A stretch of DNA of 48,547 nt, filler included, from Sphacelaria rigidula (GCA_964200075.2; 3 parts of 3 records of this genome joined end to end with filler, not necessarily neighbours in it), one strand, 5' to 3'; positions 10,618 to 22,690 are shown, counted from the first letter of the whole stretch. Notes: generated by a model from the letters alone, not told the origin. Numbers and translations are program-made.

Positions 10618-12049
10618 GTCTTCACCGAGCAACGCAACTGGAACGAGTAGCCACTGCGGTGCAGTGTTCGCACTGGTTAACCGATGGGCAATTCTGGCGA
10701 AGTTTATGTTCTTGGAACATAATGAATAGATACAATGCCCCAGTGTTGAATCTCGTTTCCGTCGCCAGTGACCCAAGAATATTGGTAGCACGGTGAAATA
10801 ATTCAGATCCATCCGTAGAAAATATGAAGGCAGAGATATGTACAAGGGAAGAAACTTCTTCGCCCCCTGATGCCACGACCTCCGTCTCGATGAAGGATGG
10901 AATGATTCATGTCACAGCACACCGATGGGCAAATATATTTGTAGCTGGAACCAAGTGTTCGCATCCGTGACGAGATGACGAGCAAAGTAAAAGGTGGTAC
11001 TTTTATGCACTTGGCCTCACGGTTGCTGATGCACGAGGGCGACAAGATCCTGGCGCTGCACCGCATAAGCTACCTTCACGAGCAGACATTTTCTACGATA
11101 GCCCTCCTCCCCCCCAAAAAATCAAAACCTCAGTTCAAACGTGTCACGAAAAAAATGGCCATACAGTGCCTGATGTTTGAGTTCAGGCCGCATGAAGCGC
11201 CTTATATATACGACAATAGCGATAACGAACCCAAGCGTGGGAATTCCCAGCTGCTCGTTGTGCTCGGCTTCTTCAATTTCGATTTGCGCGAAGATTTCGT
11301 CTCCCCAGACCAGGCACTTTCTTGGGGGGGGGGGGGGGGCTATCGTAGAAAGTGTCAGCAGAGTGTCATGAAGTGCACAACGAGTGTAAAATTTGCCCGA
11401 TACGTGAGCACAGCTTGAAGGTTGCGTTCATGTAGAAACAGGTGTGGTGGGACGTGGCATGATAGCTTCCTATGGAGCCGACACATCCGCATATGCACGT
11501 GTTGGCCGTGTGTTTTGTCGTGGCAGTTGCACAGCTAGTAGTTCGAGTCTTGAGTTCGACTTACCGCCCATTGCTACACAACCCACTTCATCCACGCGAA
11601 TGGGAAACGACTCTTCTCACGCTCGCGACCCCACCTCGGATCCACCCTCCCCAGATGATCATTATCCCGTCCGGATTCGAAAGTAGAGCAACAGCAGCAG
11701 CGAGCTCTGCGGGAGGACATGGAGCTGAGAGACGTCGCCTCGACGAAGAGGTTTCTTCTACATCTCGCGAGGGAGGTTTACATGGAACGTGTTGGTCTCC
11801 AGAAAAGTCTAAGTGGAACGTGGCGTTTGCTCCTGCGAGTGGGTCCGCAGTTCCAGCGGGGGTGAGTGGCTACTTCGGTGGGTAGGGGATGCGACACCCG
11901 TGAGAGGTGGGGTCATGGTTTGGGGCTCGTTCGCTATTCACGATTTGTCCGTGAGATGGAGAGTCTTACGTTGATTGAGAGGGAGATTTATTATTCGCTC
12001 TAAATTGACCAGTTTTTCATTTTGTGTGTGCTTTTTCTTTGCTTGTAGC

Positions 12050-13900
12050 AATGTCGTGTGGCTACAGCTACACGTGGATATCTTACTCAGGGATATCAAA
12101 TGCTTCAGTGGCGAGCTAGAACAGAAAGCGTACAGGGCCTCGTAGAAGGCCCGGAGAGGCATTTCGGAATTGAAAACAGTCGGTATAAAAATCGAGGAGG
12201 GAGCTTTTCGTCGGGAATGAGGAAACCTCGGAATGGTGCGTGGAGAGTGCCCATCTATGTATTTTCCGAAAATATTTCGGTAGTTGCAAGGGGCACCCCA
12301 ACAATTTACAAGCGTTGTCGACCAAGTTGGTAGTGCACTTGGGGGAGCGCGGGAACGGTTTGTCATGTGAGCCATCCCAACCAAGTTTTGATGGCGAACC
12401 GGGGGGAGCCAACGGCAGTTTGACAGTGTTGCTGGTAAGCGAAGATACAGTTGCCATGATGTGACCTGTTCCGGTACACGCCATGCTCTCCGAGTTCTTT
12501 GTGCGGCCGGGTACATCAGCCGGCAGCTCTTTCTCTTTATAGCTCATCGGGGGTGCATTTTATACATGGACGAGGAGCATGCGAAGATACACTTTCGAGC
12601 TTTGATATTCCGAAAAATCAAAGCAGAACACTCTGTCATTCTCGAGCTGGTGGTGGGAGGTCACGCATACGAAGGAAAGTCGACCACACGAGTAGTGAAA
12701 TAGGACAAATTCGTGACAACCGTACTGCACTGTACTCTGAGCTGGTGGTGCTGACCCGGATTGAGGGTGTGATCCAGGTGACCACGGTCCATTTCGGTAA
12801 AGTCAACCACTTGGCACGGTGAAGTTGGCCCGACTTGGCTTCAGTGTGGATTCCGGAATCCGGATCTTTAACGCAAGATGTGCTCTCAGCGTGCACAGAA
12901 TGCGCTTTTATCGGAATCAGCGCCGCTGATTTGAGGTCTGGCAACGCACACGTTGCCTAGGGTAACTTTGCACCCCCCTTGCCCGACGGTTCTCGGTATG
13001 CCTTCGTTGGGGTGAGGGTCAGGGTCAGACGTATTCGAGATGATGATTTCCGAGAACGTTCTTCACCCTACCAAGCAGTAAACTGTTCTATTGAGGAAGT
13101 GTTCATTCCCAGAGATCTCCGCCGCCGCCGCCGCCCCCCCTCCCCCAAAGAGGGTTTTTGAACGCATTTTTGCGGGGGTGATATCGGAGTCACCGATCAG
13201 CGGTCGTTTTTGAAAATGAGGATATTGAAGGAAAGGGATCATTACTGGTCATGAACACCCGCCTGAAACGTTGCACAGCTCACTATTTGTTGCAGGCGTA
13301 TTCCGGAAATAAACGCTTTGTCAGGTTGTACTTGAAGTTTGAATAATCGGTCGAACGGGTCGCTTAAATGGTTGCATCATCAATCCCTGGTGCTTGGGAT
13401 TCTCTTCATACAGATGTGAGACAGGACCTGAGTTTGAGTTTCAAACGAACAACAGCGATCCTTCGATCTTGGAGTTCATTTTTGACTCGATACAAACGTA
13501 GCAGCGTTTTCGAACAGCCGGTTTTAATTCGAAATATGGAGAACAGACGTGATCGGTGGCGACATTGCTTTCAAGAAGCTGTGGAGAGGGATCGTGTTGA
13601 CTTTTGACTTTTCGCTGAAGCATCAATTCGAAATAAACAGAACATGTAGTAAAGAGGGGTCGCATAGACTTTTTTCAAAATCTGGGAGCACCCAGAGATA
13701 AAGAAGAAATGGAATCCCCCATAGGGAACTAAGATTGTTAGACACCCATGAGGCAGTATTGAAGCCGTGGCTGTCCCTGGAAGTGGCGATACCAGAGAAT
13801 AAAGCAACTTATTGTAGGCTGTCATCCAAGTGCAAGGTAATCAGTAGGCTTCAGGCCTCCCAGTAGGATGCAGCTCACCCTTCATGCGACTCGCCGAATA
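12050..13900 (+). mobile_element. Decayed RTE-like LINE, interrupted by the telomere-tailed element
   Basis: HRGCILYMDEEHAKIHFRAL (cf. DE.G.LLRD...I..RW...F..L), WLHHQSLVLG and SIQT*QRFRTAGFNSKYGEQ (cf. SIE.T.R.RR..FAGF..RM.E.RL), in the expected order. Confidence 0.45.
12856..13028 (+). repeat. Dispersed element ending in telomere-like hexamers, copy 1
   Basis: ...aatcagcgcc..gatttgaggt..cccttgcccgacggttctcggtatgc followed by GGGTGA GGGTCA GGGTCA. Confidence 0.65.
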
Positions 13901-14827
13901 CACCACTTCGCGCTTGGTGATTGAGTGCGAGCCTGGTCCGGCGAAAACCCGGCGAGCTCCGTCCCGGCTTTGTAGGGATGCGAGGTCAATGGTCTTATGA
14001 CTATGGCATGCATGATCATGAGGACCTCCCCCCCCTAGGGAACTAACGAACTACACACACCTGTTATGATGACTGATCTTGCGCCAGATTTTTCAATTCG
14101 AGAGTCCACTTTCCACATTTTTGTTGTGGAACTGGTCCTTTCAGTCTCTGTGTAATATTCGACGTGTCTGCATGATGATATACGAATGGAGCTTAAAGCC
14201 TGCTTTCGGATCGGTGTAGAACCGCACACAGTGCCGACAACACCGCTGCAAAATACAAGCCTGCCTCCCTATCCGCCTGCAAATGACTGTATGCCTCGCG
14301 CTGTGTTTGAAGAGTGCAGCCTGTACTTGTACGAGTGGATTTAACCGGAGCTACAATTTACACATGGTTGATATCACTTGATTTGAGTATGAACGACGAG
14401 AACCAAATAAATTGTGAGGTTTGACAATTTATACGGGGTGTGGTCAGAGCTCAGCGTAGCTCACACTCGTATGTTAGGCAACATCTGTATTGGGCAATCC
14501 TTGTACCGCCGTTGTGGGCGATCTGTTCGAGCCTTTTGACTCGCCACCCTCATTACGGTGCACGTTTGGTCCCAAGAAAGTGGGGATCGAGAAATGGTCG
14601 TATCCCTTCACATCCCGAAAATATACCCATGTCTACAATCACTTGTGGACGACGAAGATGCTGACCGATCCCTCGGGGTCCATCGACTACGAGGTCCTGG
14701 GTCTGACCCTCGGCGTTTCCGCTCGTCGGAACGGATCCCGATCGCTTTCCCGTCTTTTCTTTGTGTGTTTTCAGAACCAGGCCCGGTCAACAGCACCCCC
14801 TGATCAACAATTTATTTTCCCCATATC

Positions 14828-15265
14828 AACCTGACAACACCAATTTGGGAACTGCGTCCCAAGTACGACCCTCTTGTTTTCCCAGTATGTACCCAGTCCA
14901 TCACATGCGAGTGCCACTGCACAAAACCATGCGAAAAAATTCGAAAAACGTATCAAGAAGGAAATCGACTGAAGGTGGGTTTGACCCTTTTCGATTCACG
15001 CAGGTTCTTGTCTCTGATGCTAAGAATGATGATGTACCCCAGAAAAGCAATCATGTACAAAAGATCACGAGAACGATCGGGACTAGTTGACCCCGCTGTA
15101 CTTTACGCATCTGAGTTGGGCAAATTTAGTAGCAGGGGTATTTTGGGAATATTCCCGTGTGCTCGTGCTCATGAGTACCCGCGAAAGCTGGAGTCGGTAC
15201 ATAGGTATGTAGGATTGAGGCAGATCGTGGTCGACGCATATTACCCGAGTTGGGTGTCACGGGGT
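14828..15265. mobile_element. Degenerate TIR element
   Basis: Left arm tgacaacaccaatttggg..tgcgtc..tatgtacc is similar to the reverse complement of the right arm ggtacata..gacgca..cccgagttgggtgtca. Confidence 0.45.
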
Positions 15266-16116
15266 CCGGTCTCAAAGAATCAGTTTCTCAACTCCAGCGC
15301 AACGAAAACGTGAATGTCGGAAAAGTAATCTTGCACATTGTTCGCGAGAACCATCGGAGTTGGTTCGATCGAGCGGGAACACAGATTGCCAGGACCCGGG
15401 CCGCGCAGTCGCAGGGTTCCGAAGGACCGGTCAGCCCATACATTATACAGAACTGGAGGCAAGAAATTATTTCGTTTTTGGAGCGTGCAGCGGATAGTAG
15501 TATTCCTCGATCCCCAAACGTTTGGAATGAAAGGTTCAGCGTAATGAATATTGGCAAGCGAAGAGACGTTGAAAACTCGCCAACTACTGAATACTACACA
15601 CCTCGCCGCCACATATGTTGCCTAGTAAACTCCGACATCCAAAGTACCGCCGCCAAACCGGTAGCGATGTATTCTCGATTGCTGCGCAGTTTTATCGCCT
15701 CTTCTTTGTCATGTCGGTGTATTCTGTATGTGCCCTCGGCGGTTTTTCACCGCGAGACTTTGGGGAATTTCCAGCGGCGGCAGCAGAAAACACGCCGGCC
15801 GAGTGCAATCTGAAGCGTTGTGATGACCATCGTACGGCCAGGTGCATCTACAGCGCTGTCGAGACCAGCGTGAAGTGCCTGCAAATCACTGACGCATGGT
15901 ATTACAGTCTTACGATGGGTGTGAACACGGTAAACCTCACAGTACGACAGTTGAGCATGAACCATGTTTTGTTGTAAGTGTGGAACAGCATCTGAGGTCG
16001 TGCGTGGGTCATGGTTTTTGTACGTGGGGCTCACGTGTGGGAATGTGGGGCGTCCAGGGCACCCGTGGTGGCATCTTCGAGGTGTAACGGCAGACCCCCC
16101 CCCCCCCCCCCCCCCC

Positions 16117-16216
16117 NNNNNNNNNNNNNNNNNNNNNNNNNNNNNNNNNNNNNNNNNNNNTTAATTAATTAANNNNNNNNNNNNNNNNNNNNNNNNNNNN
16201 NNNNNNNNNNNNNNNN
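16117..16216. other. Assembly gap with TTAATTAATTAA linker (16161-16172)
   Basis: 44 N, a 12-nt all-frame stop linker, 44 N. Confidence 0.97.
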
Positions 16217-16611
16217 CCGTCTCGAAAGGGATGCTTGGTCAAGGGTCAAATGACTAAGGCAAGCAACAAATGAGTACGCCCCCCCCCCCTCTAAGCGTCA
16301 GGAAATGTGTTGCAATTATGCAAAGTTTTTTTATGGTCTTTCTCGCTCAACAGGCTAAATCAATCGTGTGGCGCTCACGTCTTCCAAGCACACTACGTTA
16401 GTTGTCGTAAATATGGAAGAATGTATGTACTGCACGCGAAGACATTCAACAAGAAGTAGCGAAGCACTCATGGGTGAACAAATGGATGAAAACTTGGGAC
16501 GGGGGGGGGAGGGGGGTAAAACTACACTCACGACGGCCGACGAAAAAAAAGAAGCAGCAGACTTCACCAAAAAAGGATCGTCCTGTTCACGCACGCAACA
16601 ATCCCAACATG

Positions 16612-16825
16612 CAAATCTTTCAAGGGTCGGACAGATAATGATTCGGCTGAAAATTACTTGATTTTAGTATGAGTCGACTCGTAACGAATCAATCTCTAGG
16701 CTTTATTTCAGCGTTGCAACCCAGGTACACGCANNNNNNNNNNCCCCCTTTTAGGCAATCAGGCCGAAGAAATCGTGAAATTGGTGATTTTGAGTCGTGA
16801 TGATTTGTCCTAACCGTGAAATCTT
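16612..16825. mobile_element. Short MITE-like element; its right part also occurs at 1-70
   Basis: aaatcgtgaa(a/t)ttggtgattttgagtcgtgatgatttgtcctaaccgtga is shared by 18-67 and ~16770-16819; degenerate inverted copy at 16618-16657. Confidence 0.55.
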
Positions 16826-17293
16826 CAATACACGTCACATTCCTCATCAGATGCAAGTAGAAAAATGGCCATCGTTCACGTTGTATTCCTCCTAACTCAA
16901 TAAACCCACGCCAACAATTCATATTTCACGAGCTTTTATACAATGGAGATCAAACCGTAGTGCGGGCACCGCCGGGGGTTTCCGGCCCAACATGACTATA
17001 CTGAAATAATCCCGCGACCCCGCACTACTGTCACAACTCGTAGCGCGCTTTCGCCAGAGCCACACCATCATTTACGTGCTGAACATCCGCATACACACGC
17101 ACAACCCGGGAAAGACGAACGCACATCACACAAAAATGTGCCGCCACTGGCGTGGGCGAGGGGCCCTGAAGCACCCGCACATATTTATTGCAGGCGGATC
17201 TCCTGTACCCTACGTTACCGGGAGAGCATGGTAAAAAGCGCCCAACGCAGGCCTCAGCACACCTCCCACATGTCACCCGCACTACTTTCGCAC

Positions 17294-17444
17294 CTCTCCG
17301 TCTGGAGGAAGAGCGCGCGCGTTCGACGGGTTCGGGGGAATTATCCCGGGGTCCGTCAACGCCGTGATCCACAGATTCACCATGGCAAAACCCCACAAGG
17401 CAAGCCCAATACATGCAAGTGTAGTCCCGCCACGAACCGGGAAC
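17294..17444 (-). CDS. DHHC gene exon 5 (TM helix and TDPGIIP)
   Basis: Pyrimidine tract and aag acceptor; GAG|gtgcga donor; DPG motif. Confidence 0.85.
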
Positions 17445-20400
17445 CTTGTCGACGAGACGAAGAGGAACGAACGAAATAAAAGCACAAAAAAGAAAAAAGA
17501 AGGAGGAAAGATACAAGCGGAAAAATAGAAAATGACGGAAGAAAAAAAAAGAAGAGACAAGAAAATATATATGTTGGTGCGCGAAGGAGCGGCTACCGCG
17601 GGCGCCGTGTCGCTGCTTTGCTTCATAGAGCCTAGGTTCTTGGATGGAGTGTGTGAAGCACACAAAGGGTTGTTCGACCTAGAGAGGGGCCCTCTCTTCC
17701 GGGACCAGCCAGCTAGCAAGATATAAGTGGGGAATGAGCTTTGACGGATGCTATCCAGGGGATCGGAATCACGGAACCCTAGCAACACCAGCAACACGCT
17801 TTCGGCAGAAAAGCGGTAAAAAACAGTGTGTACAGTGCAGTGCAGTGCAGTGCAGTACAGTACAGTACAGTACAGCACAGCACGTAAAGGCAATGTATAG
17901 CGTTCGCGATGACAAACAACGGTAAAAAAAAAACAGATATCATGATGCACCGCGAAACCTGTACATCCATGTGACTCGCTCGCTCCACGGCCCAAATCAG
18001 ACACAATTTACAGTGTACGGCAACGACCTGGGCGACATGCACGCATGAAAAACTACAAAACTATTCTTCCTATCATACTGCCGTACTGGTGCGCGCGATG
18101 AAATGATCAAATTACCCGTCCCGTGCTATTCATAGAGCTCAATCCTCGATCGGCTGGCTACCAAAAGTTGACGGCAATGAACGTCACTCAACACACACCT
18201 GAGGCAAACCTCGAAAATAAAAGCAGCAACAGGCACCGCCAAGGTGATGTTGCTGCACACGAACCACCTCACGTCACTGCCGAGCATCACGTGCCCGCAA
18301 ACAAAAAATCGGTTGTAGCCACCCCACTCCTCATGCCTGTATTTATTTTTATTTTTTTGGGAGGGGGGAAAAAAAATCGATCCAAACAGAGCAGCAGGAA
18401 AAAAAATAAAAATAACGAAAGTTTAAGTGACGAGTTATCAAATCCCACGAACAGCTGGTTGGATGTTCACCACACCATGTTCTGCAATTGGTCGATTGAT
18501 ACAACGCACAAATTTGTGCTCCACAGTACATGATTTCATCCACAGCCTGGGGATTTCCAGACGCAAAAACGGGTCGGAGAGGGAGGGGGCTCATGAACAG
18601 AGGCGCAGGCGATCACAACCAACACAAGCATCAGGCAGGAGAGCACAAGTTATTTGTTAGAAATCAAAACGACAGCCCGCCGTGTGAAGCAAGTCATCAT
18701 ATATATATATATATATATAAAACAATGCTCAGTGGACTTCGCCCAAAGCGCAAAAGAGCTCCTCCGGCAACTTGAGCGGTACTACACTTCAAGGTCACAT
18801 CTACAGTAGAGCACATGCCACCACAAAGCTTCTTCACTTCCTCCTCTCTTCTGTTTCTTCATTTTGTTTTTGGTCGACCTTGCTGTGGGTACTTCCAACA
18901 CACGCAAAAAGTAACGAAACGGACCGAATAAAGCCTTCTCACCGTCGATAGCTTTTGCACTCCGTCAAGATCACCGTACCGTCCATAATCTCGCTCTGCA
19001 TCCAGCCCTCCTTCCCACCGCGCACACGCACCTTGAGCCACTTCCCCTGTGTCCCAAACACCATCACCATCACCATCACCACCACCAAAGACGCCGTCGG
19101 AACAATATCAAAAACGCGATCACGAGAGGATGGGAAACATACGACAGCTTACCCTGCGTCCGCAACAGTGCACTACCGCCACAAGAGACCGACTGGTCGT
19201 GGTTCCACCCATCCAACGCGTCTCACCTGTGGGCTGTATCGTCATCTGCGCACGATAGCGGTGACAAGAATCAAGGGGAAAAAAACGTTTACATGGTATA
19301 CATACATACACGTTCTCCTCCCCCCCCCCCCCCCCGCCTTCGACGTATGATGGTGTACATCACCATTTCTCACGTTTTGTTGCATATTTTCGCAAGGCGT
19401 CCCATCACCATATTCTCGTCGAGCTAGAACGAGCAGAATTATCACCAGGCCAAATGACCCGATGCTCGAAAGAACAAAGAGAAACGCCTCCCATCCCTCC
19501 CCGCCCACGTGCCCTACCACCCAATGGAAGCCAAGCCAAGCCAAGCACCTTTTTAGCGACAGCGGTGACCACGCAGCTGCGGGATATAGTCCCCTCCATT
19601 CCCGCCATGGCGTGAGGCATCAGCTTCAACGGCCACGAGGATATTTGCTTCGTTCGCTTGAAACGATATTTTCGAGGTTCGATTATCTACTCGACGGGGT
19701 GTTCATCAGCATCATCGGCCGCAATCCGGATAAGATAACGACCGTCGTCGCCCCCGCCGCCCCCATCATCACCGTTGGTAAACCCATCCCCATTCCCATC
19801 AGCCATTAGCCGCCATCCATCAGCCCCGCCATTGTCCCGCAGAAGAGATACAGCCCGTACGACCGACGAGAGTGAAAAATAACATCATGGCAGTAGGGGC
19901 AGCGGCGGCACCGAGCACAAACAACCAGGCAGAGCATACACACTCAGGATACAAGAAAACAAAACCCTTTGTTCGTTATAATTTGGCGGAGAGACGGTGT
20001 CAAGGACTGCATGCATATATTCAGTTTGCCGCAGCGCTCCGGTGATCAAAAGTAGCACATGAATCACTGCGAGAGTGTTCTGAGGTCGACTATTCCGATC
20101 GTAGAGTACGGTGAAGCTTTTCCCCCCTCTCTTCCAGTTTCCGTTGCTCGAACAATGTCAGAAAGATAGTTGGGCGCATAGTTCGATGTAAGTCCACTAG
20201 CTATGGGTGTGGCGGTCGTCGTGACCTAATCCGATGCCGGATAATGACGACAAAGTGCCGGACTACGTGAGTGCCAGAGGAGGTGGGTTGATTGATCCCT
20301 TGCAACTACGAAACTACGGACTCGTACTGAGGGAGGAGTGGTTGAACGTAAAAACAACAGCAACCCTAAAGAGCAACAGCAACGAAGCGAAATAAAATCA

Positions 20401-21191
20401 GCAGGCGTTGCGCACACGACCAGAAACTACTATATATATAGTCACTACAAGCGCGAGCGACGGCAGGCGGAATCCCACAAGACTATAAAAACAGGAGGAG
20501 TTTGATCCCCCACTTCCACCCTTCGTTGCTCATGTCTCCACACTTCGCAATCATACCCTTCCGAGAAATAATATTCCACACCTTGGACAATAGATGCTTT
20601 TGTAAAAAAATGTACTGCGTACAGTATGGAATCTGTTGTCTATTGCCATAGGCGCAATAGTCGATACTGCACGCAGTACACTTTTCACTTTTTGACTGTG
20701 TTTTCTTTTGTCCAAGGTGTGTAATCTTCACACGTTCTTAGAGCAACGACACCCCAGGCGGTCAAGCGCTAAGCAAACATCATTTCCCTCTTTGGTGTGT
20801 CACCGCGACAAGAAAAGTGTCCATTGTTGTCGGCCCTTTTTTTCTCTGTGTGCCCACCTTGTTCAGCCTTGGGAGCAAAACGATCTTGAGATAAGAAACC
20901 GCAGGTTTATCATGAAAAACAGCTTTGCAGCCAAGAGCGGTGGTAATTTTGGTGATGCGAAAAGCCTGTTCGTATACAACTGTCACGTGTCTTCGACGGC
21001 TCCATGGCAACACGCTCCAACAACAACACCCAGCAGCCCACCGTCAAGGTACGAAGCTTGGCGCCTTGGTTCACGTACAAGTTACATAAATTGCCCCCAC
21101 CAACGTTTTAGAGCAGCCTCGTCACCTGGACATCTCCGGCGATGTCGAGGACCGTCTCAGCGTCAAGATTTTGGCTATTAGCCGCCTCCAT
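17294..21191 (-). CDS. Erf2/ZDHHC9-like DHHC palmitoyltransferase, 5' part with SH3-like N-terminal segment; join(21191..21126,19686..19549,19046..18943,18336..18199,17444..17294)
   Basis: Five exons with canonical AG/GT and matching phases. Translation includes EEWGGYNRFFVCGHVMLGSD (the W.G.N.FF..G....G.D motif of Erf2/ZDHHC9-like PATs), two hydrophobic helices and LTDPGIIP (conserved pre-DHHC DPG motif). No DHHC codons were found further down this strand; the contig ends at the gap at 16216. Confidence 0.8.
17833..17883. repeat. (CAGTG/CAGTA/CAGCA)n pentamer microsatellite
   Basis: Directly visible. Confidence 0.9.
18199..18336 (-). CDS. DHHC gene exon 4 (HEEWGGYNRFFVCGHVMLGSD...)
   Basis: tacag acceptor; AG|gtgtgt donor; phase 2/2; Erf2-type motif and first TM helix. 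Confidence 0.8.
18699..18718. repeat. (AT)n microsatellite
   Basis: Directly visible. Confidence 0.9.
18943..19046 (-). CDS. DHHC gene exon 3 (GKWLKVRVRGGKEGWMQSE..., SH3-like)
   Basis: cag acceptor; CG|gtgaga donor; W.KV....G.EGW pattern. Confidence 0.75.
19549..19686 (-). CDS. DHHC gene exon 2 (IIEPRKYRFKR...VVTAVAKK)
   Basis: ctgat branch site and tag acceptor; AAG|gtgctt donor; 46 codons, phase 0/0. Confidence 0.7.
21126..21191 (-). CDS. DHHC gene, first identified coding exon (MEAANSQNLDAETVLDIAGDVQ)
   Basis: ATG at 21191; CAG|gtgacg donor; an upstream acceptor at 21224-21225 means the exon may start at 21223. Confidence 0.55.
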
Positions 21192-22331
21192 CGAGTCGTA
21201 CCCTCCATGACCAAGGTCGGCAGCTGATTTCAATTGTGAAACAAACAAGACGAAACAAAAAAGGGCAAAAAGAGGAAAGGGAGCGAGGGTTTTTTCGTTA
21301 TTTTCACCACGCACCGACCGGCACACGAAGCAAACAACGACAAACGCAGACCATATCTTGCATTTTATGAGCAGTCACCTACTACTGTAACTTGCACGAG
21401 ACAAGGTTGCAGCCAGCGTTGCGTCCTATTTTTGAGATCTTTAGGCAGGCGTCACTGCAGTGGTCGCTGGACTTCGTTACCACATACTCAAGTGACGAAT
21501 ATGACGCACTTGTGAAGATCGACTCATGTGTACCGCGTACTGCTGCTGCCTAACTTACCGCCGTACAAACATATGATCTACGGCTAAGTTTCCACCAGTT
21601 TGACCTATACTGTTGTCGTTTGATATCTACAAAGGTCACTACAATAGGCAGTGCAGTCGTGATGGGGTCGTAAACCCGTCAACAAGAAATCGATCGCGGT
21701 GCTCAAGGAGGGCCCACTTAGCAACTGATAGCCTACTGTTCGACAACTTTCTCCACGAAAAAAATGGCGGAAGAGGCCGCATGTGCGTACAGCAAGAGAT
21801 TCATGCATATTTCGTGCCGATTGTGAGTACAGTGCGTGTCGTGACCACTACATGGACGATGGCGAGAATCACTTCCATGCCCACGCACTGTTTTTTGTAA
21901 TCATTATTATCATATACTTCGAAGTATTTCATCTTTGATGGGTAGCAAGCACCTCCCACGTCGAAACTCATATCCAATGAAATCTCTCTTCGAGGGCGTT
22001 TCAACGCAGACGTTCCAACCTGTGCACAAAGAGTGAGTTGAGGGCTCCAATTTACGTGAAAACACATCTCGGAACAAGACAAAAAACTGCACTTTTCGCC
22101 ATACTTGAGACTACGCACACAGTAGGGATATCTGATAGAAGGCAGTGAGAGGAGCTTTCGATCAATACCCAACTCGCGCTGTAATTCGCTACCCCACATG
22201 GTATACAAAACGAGAGAGTATGTACTATTGGTTTTGTTCAATCATCCATTTTCGCCTTTATATTCTTTACAACGGACCCTACCAACTGCATGCCCAGAGC
22301 CCAATAACCAAATAACATGCTGGTGAGGTAA

Positions 22332-22690
22332 GGAACGGATTTTATTTTCGGAACGGAAGATTTTTCGTGATTTACACCAAGACGATCGAATCGGCCGAAA
22401 GGGCCGTCACCCCCCTGAAAGCCCGAGTTCTGACAAGAATTTTGGTGCAAAAATACATGATTATGGGCGTCGTCAGTGCACAGTTATGCGGAAAAATATC
22501 TTGAAAAAATATATATACTTCGCACATTTTCGGCCGTACCTTACGGAAGGCATCACCGATTTTAAATCTGATAGCGCCAAAGTTTCCGTCAGATCACGGG
22601 CTTTCACGTGGGTGACGGCCATTTCGGACGATTCGAGCGCTTTGGTGAAGATCACGAAAAAACTCCCACTCCGAAAAAAAAATCCCTTCC
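22332..22690. mobile_element. Tourist/PIF-Harbinger-type MITE
   Basis: About 120-bp imperfect TIRs starting GGAA; TAA on both flanks (22329-22331, 22691-22693). Confidence 0.75.

Noticed and set aside
14478..14760. Open frame ...VVGDLFEPFDSP...MLTDPSGSIDYE as a further GT8 exon
   Set aside because: No recognisable GT8 motif and weak splice signals.
16161..16172. TTAATTAATTAA palindrome (also 32377-32388)
   Set aside because: Centred in identical 100-nt N runs; an artificial scaffolding linker.
19687..19806. In-frame ATG...TAG upstream of DHHC exon 2, suggesting stop-codon read-through
   Set aside because: The TAG is better explained as the splice acceptor: a ctgat branch site lies upstream and the phase matches the 21126 donor.
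20233..20272. + strand ATG..MPDNDDKVPDY|gtgagt micro-exon
   Set aside because: Antisense inside a DHHC intron, with no downstream exon found.
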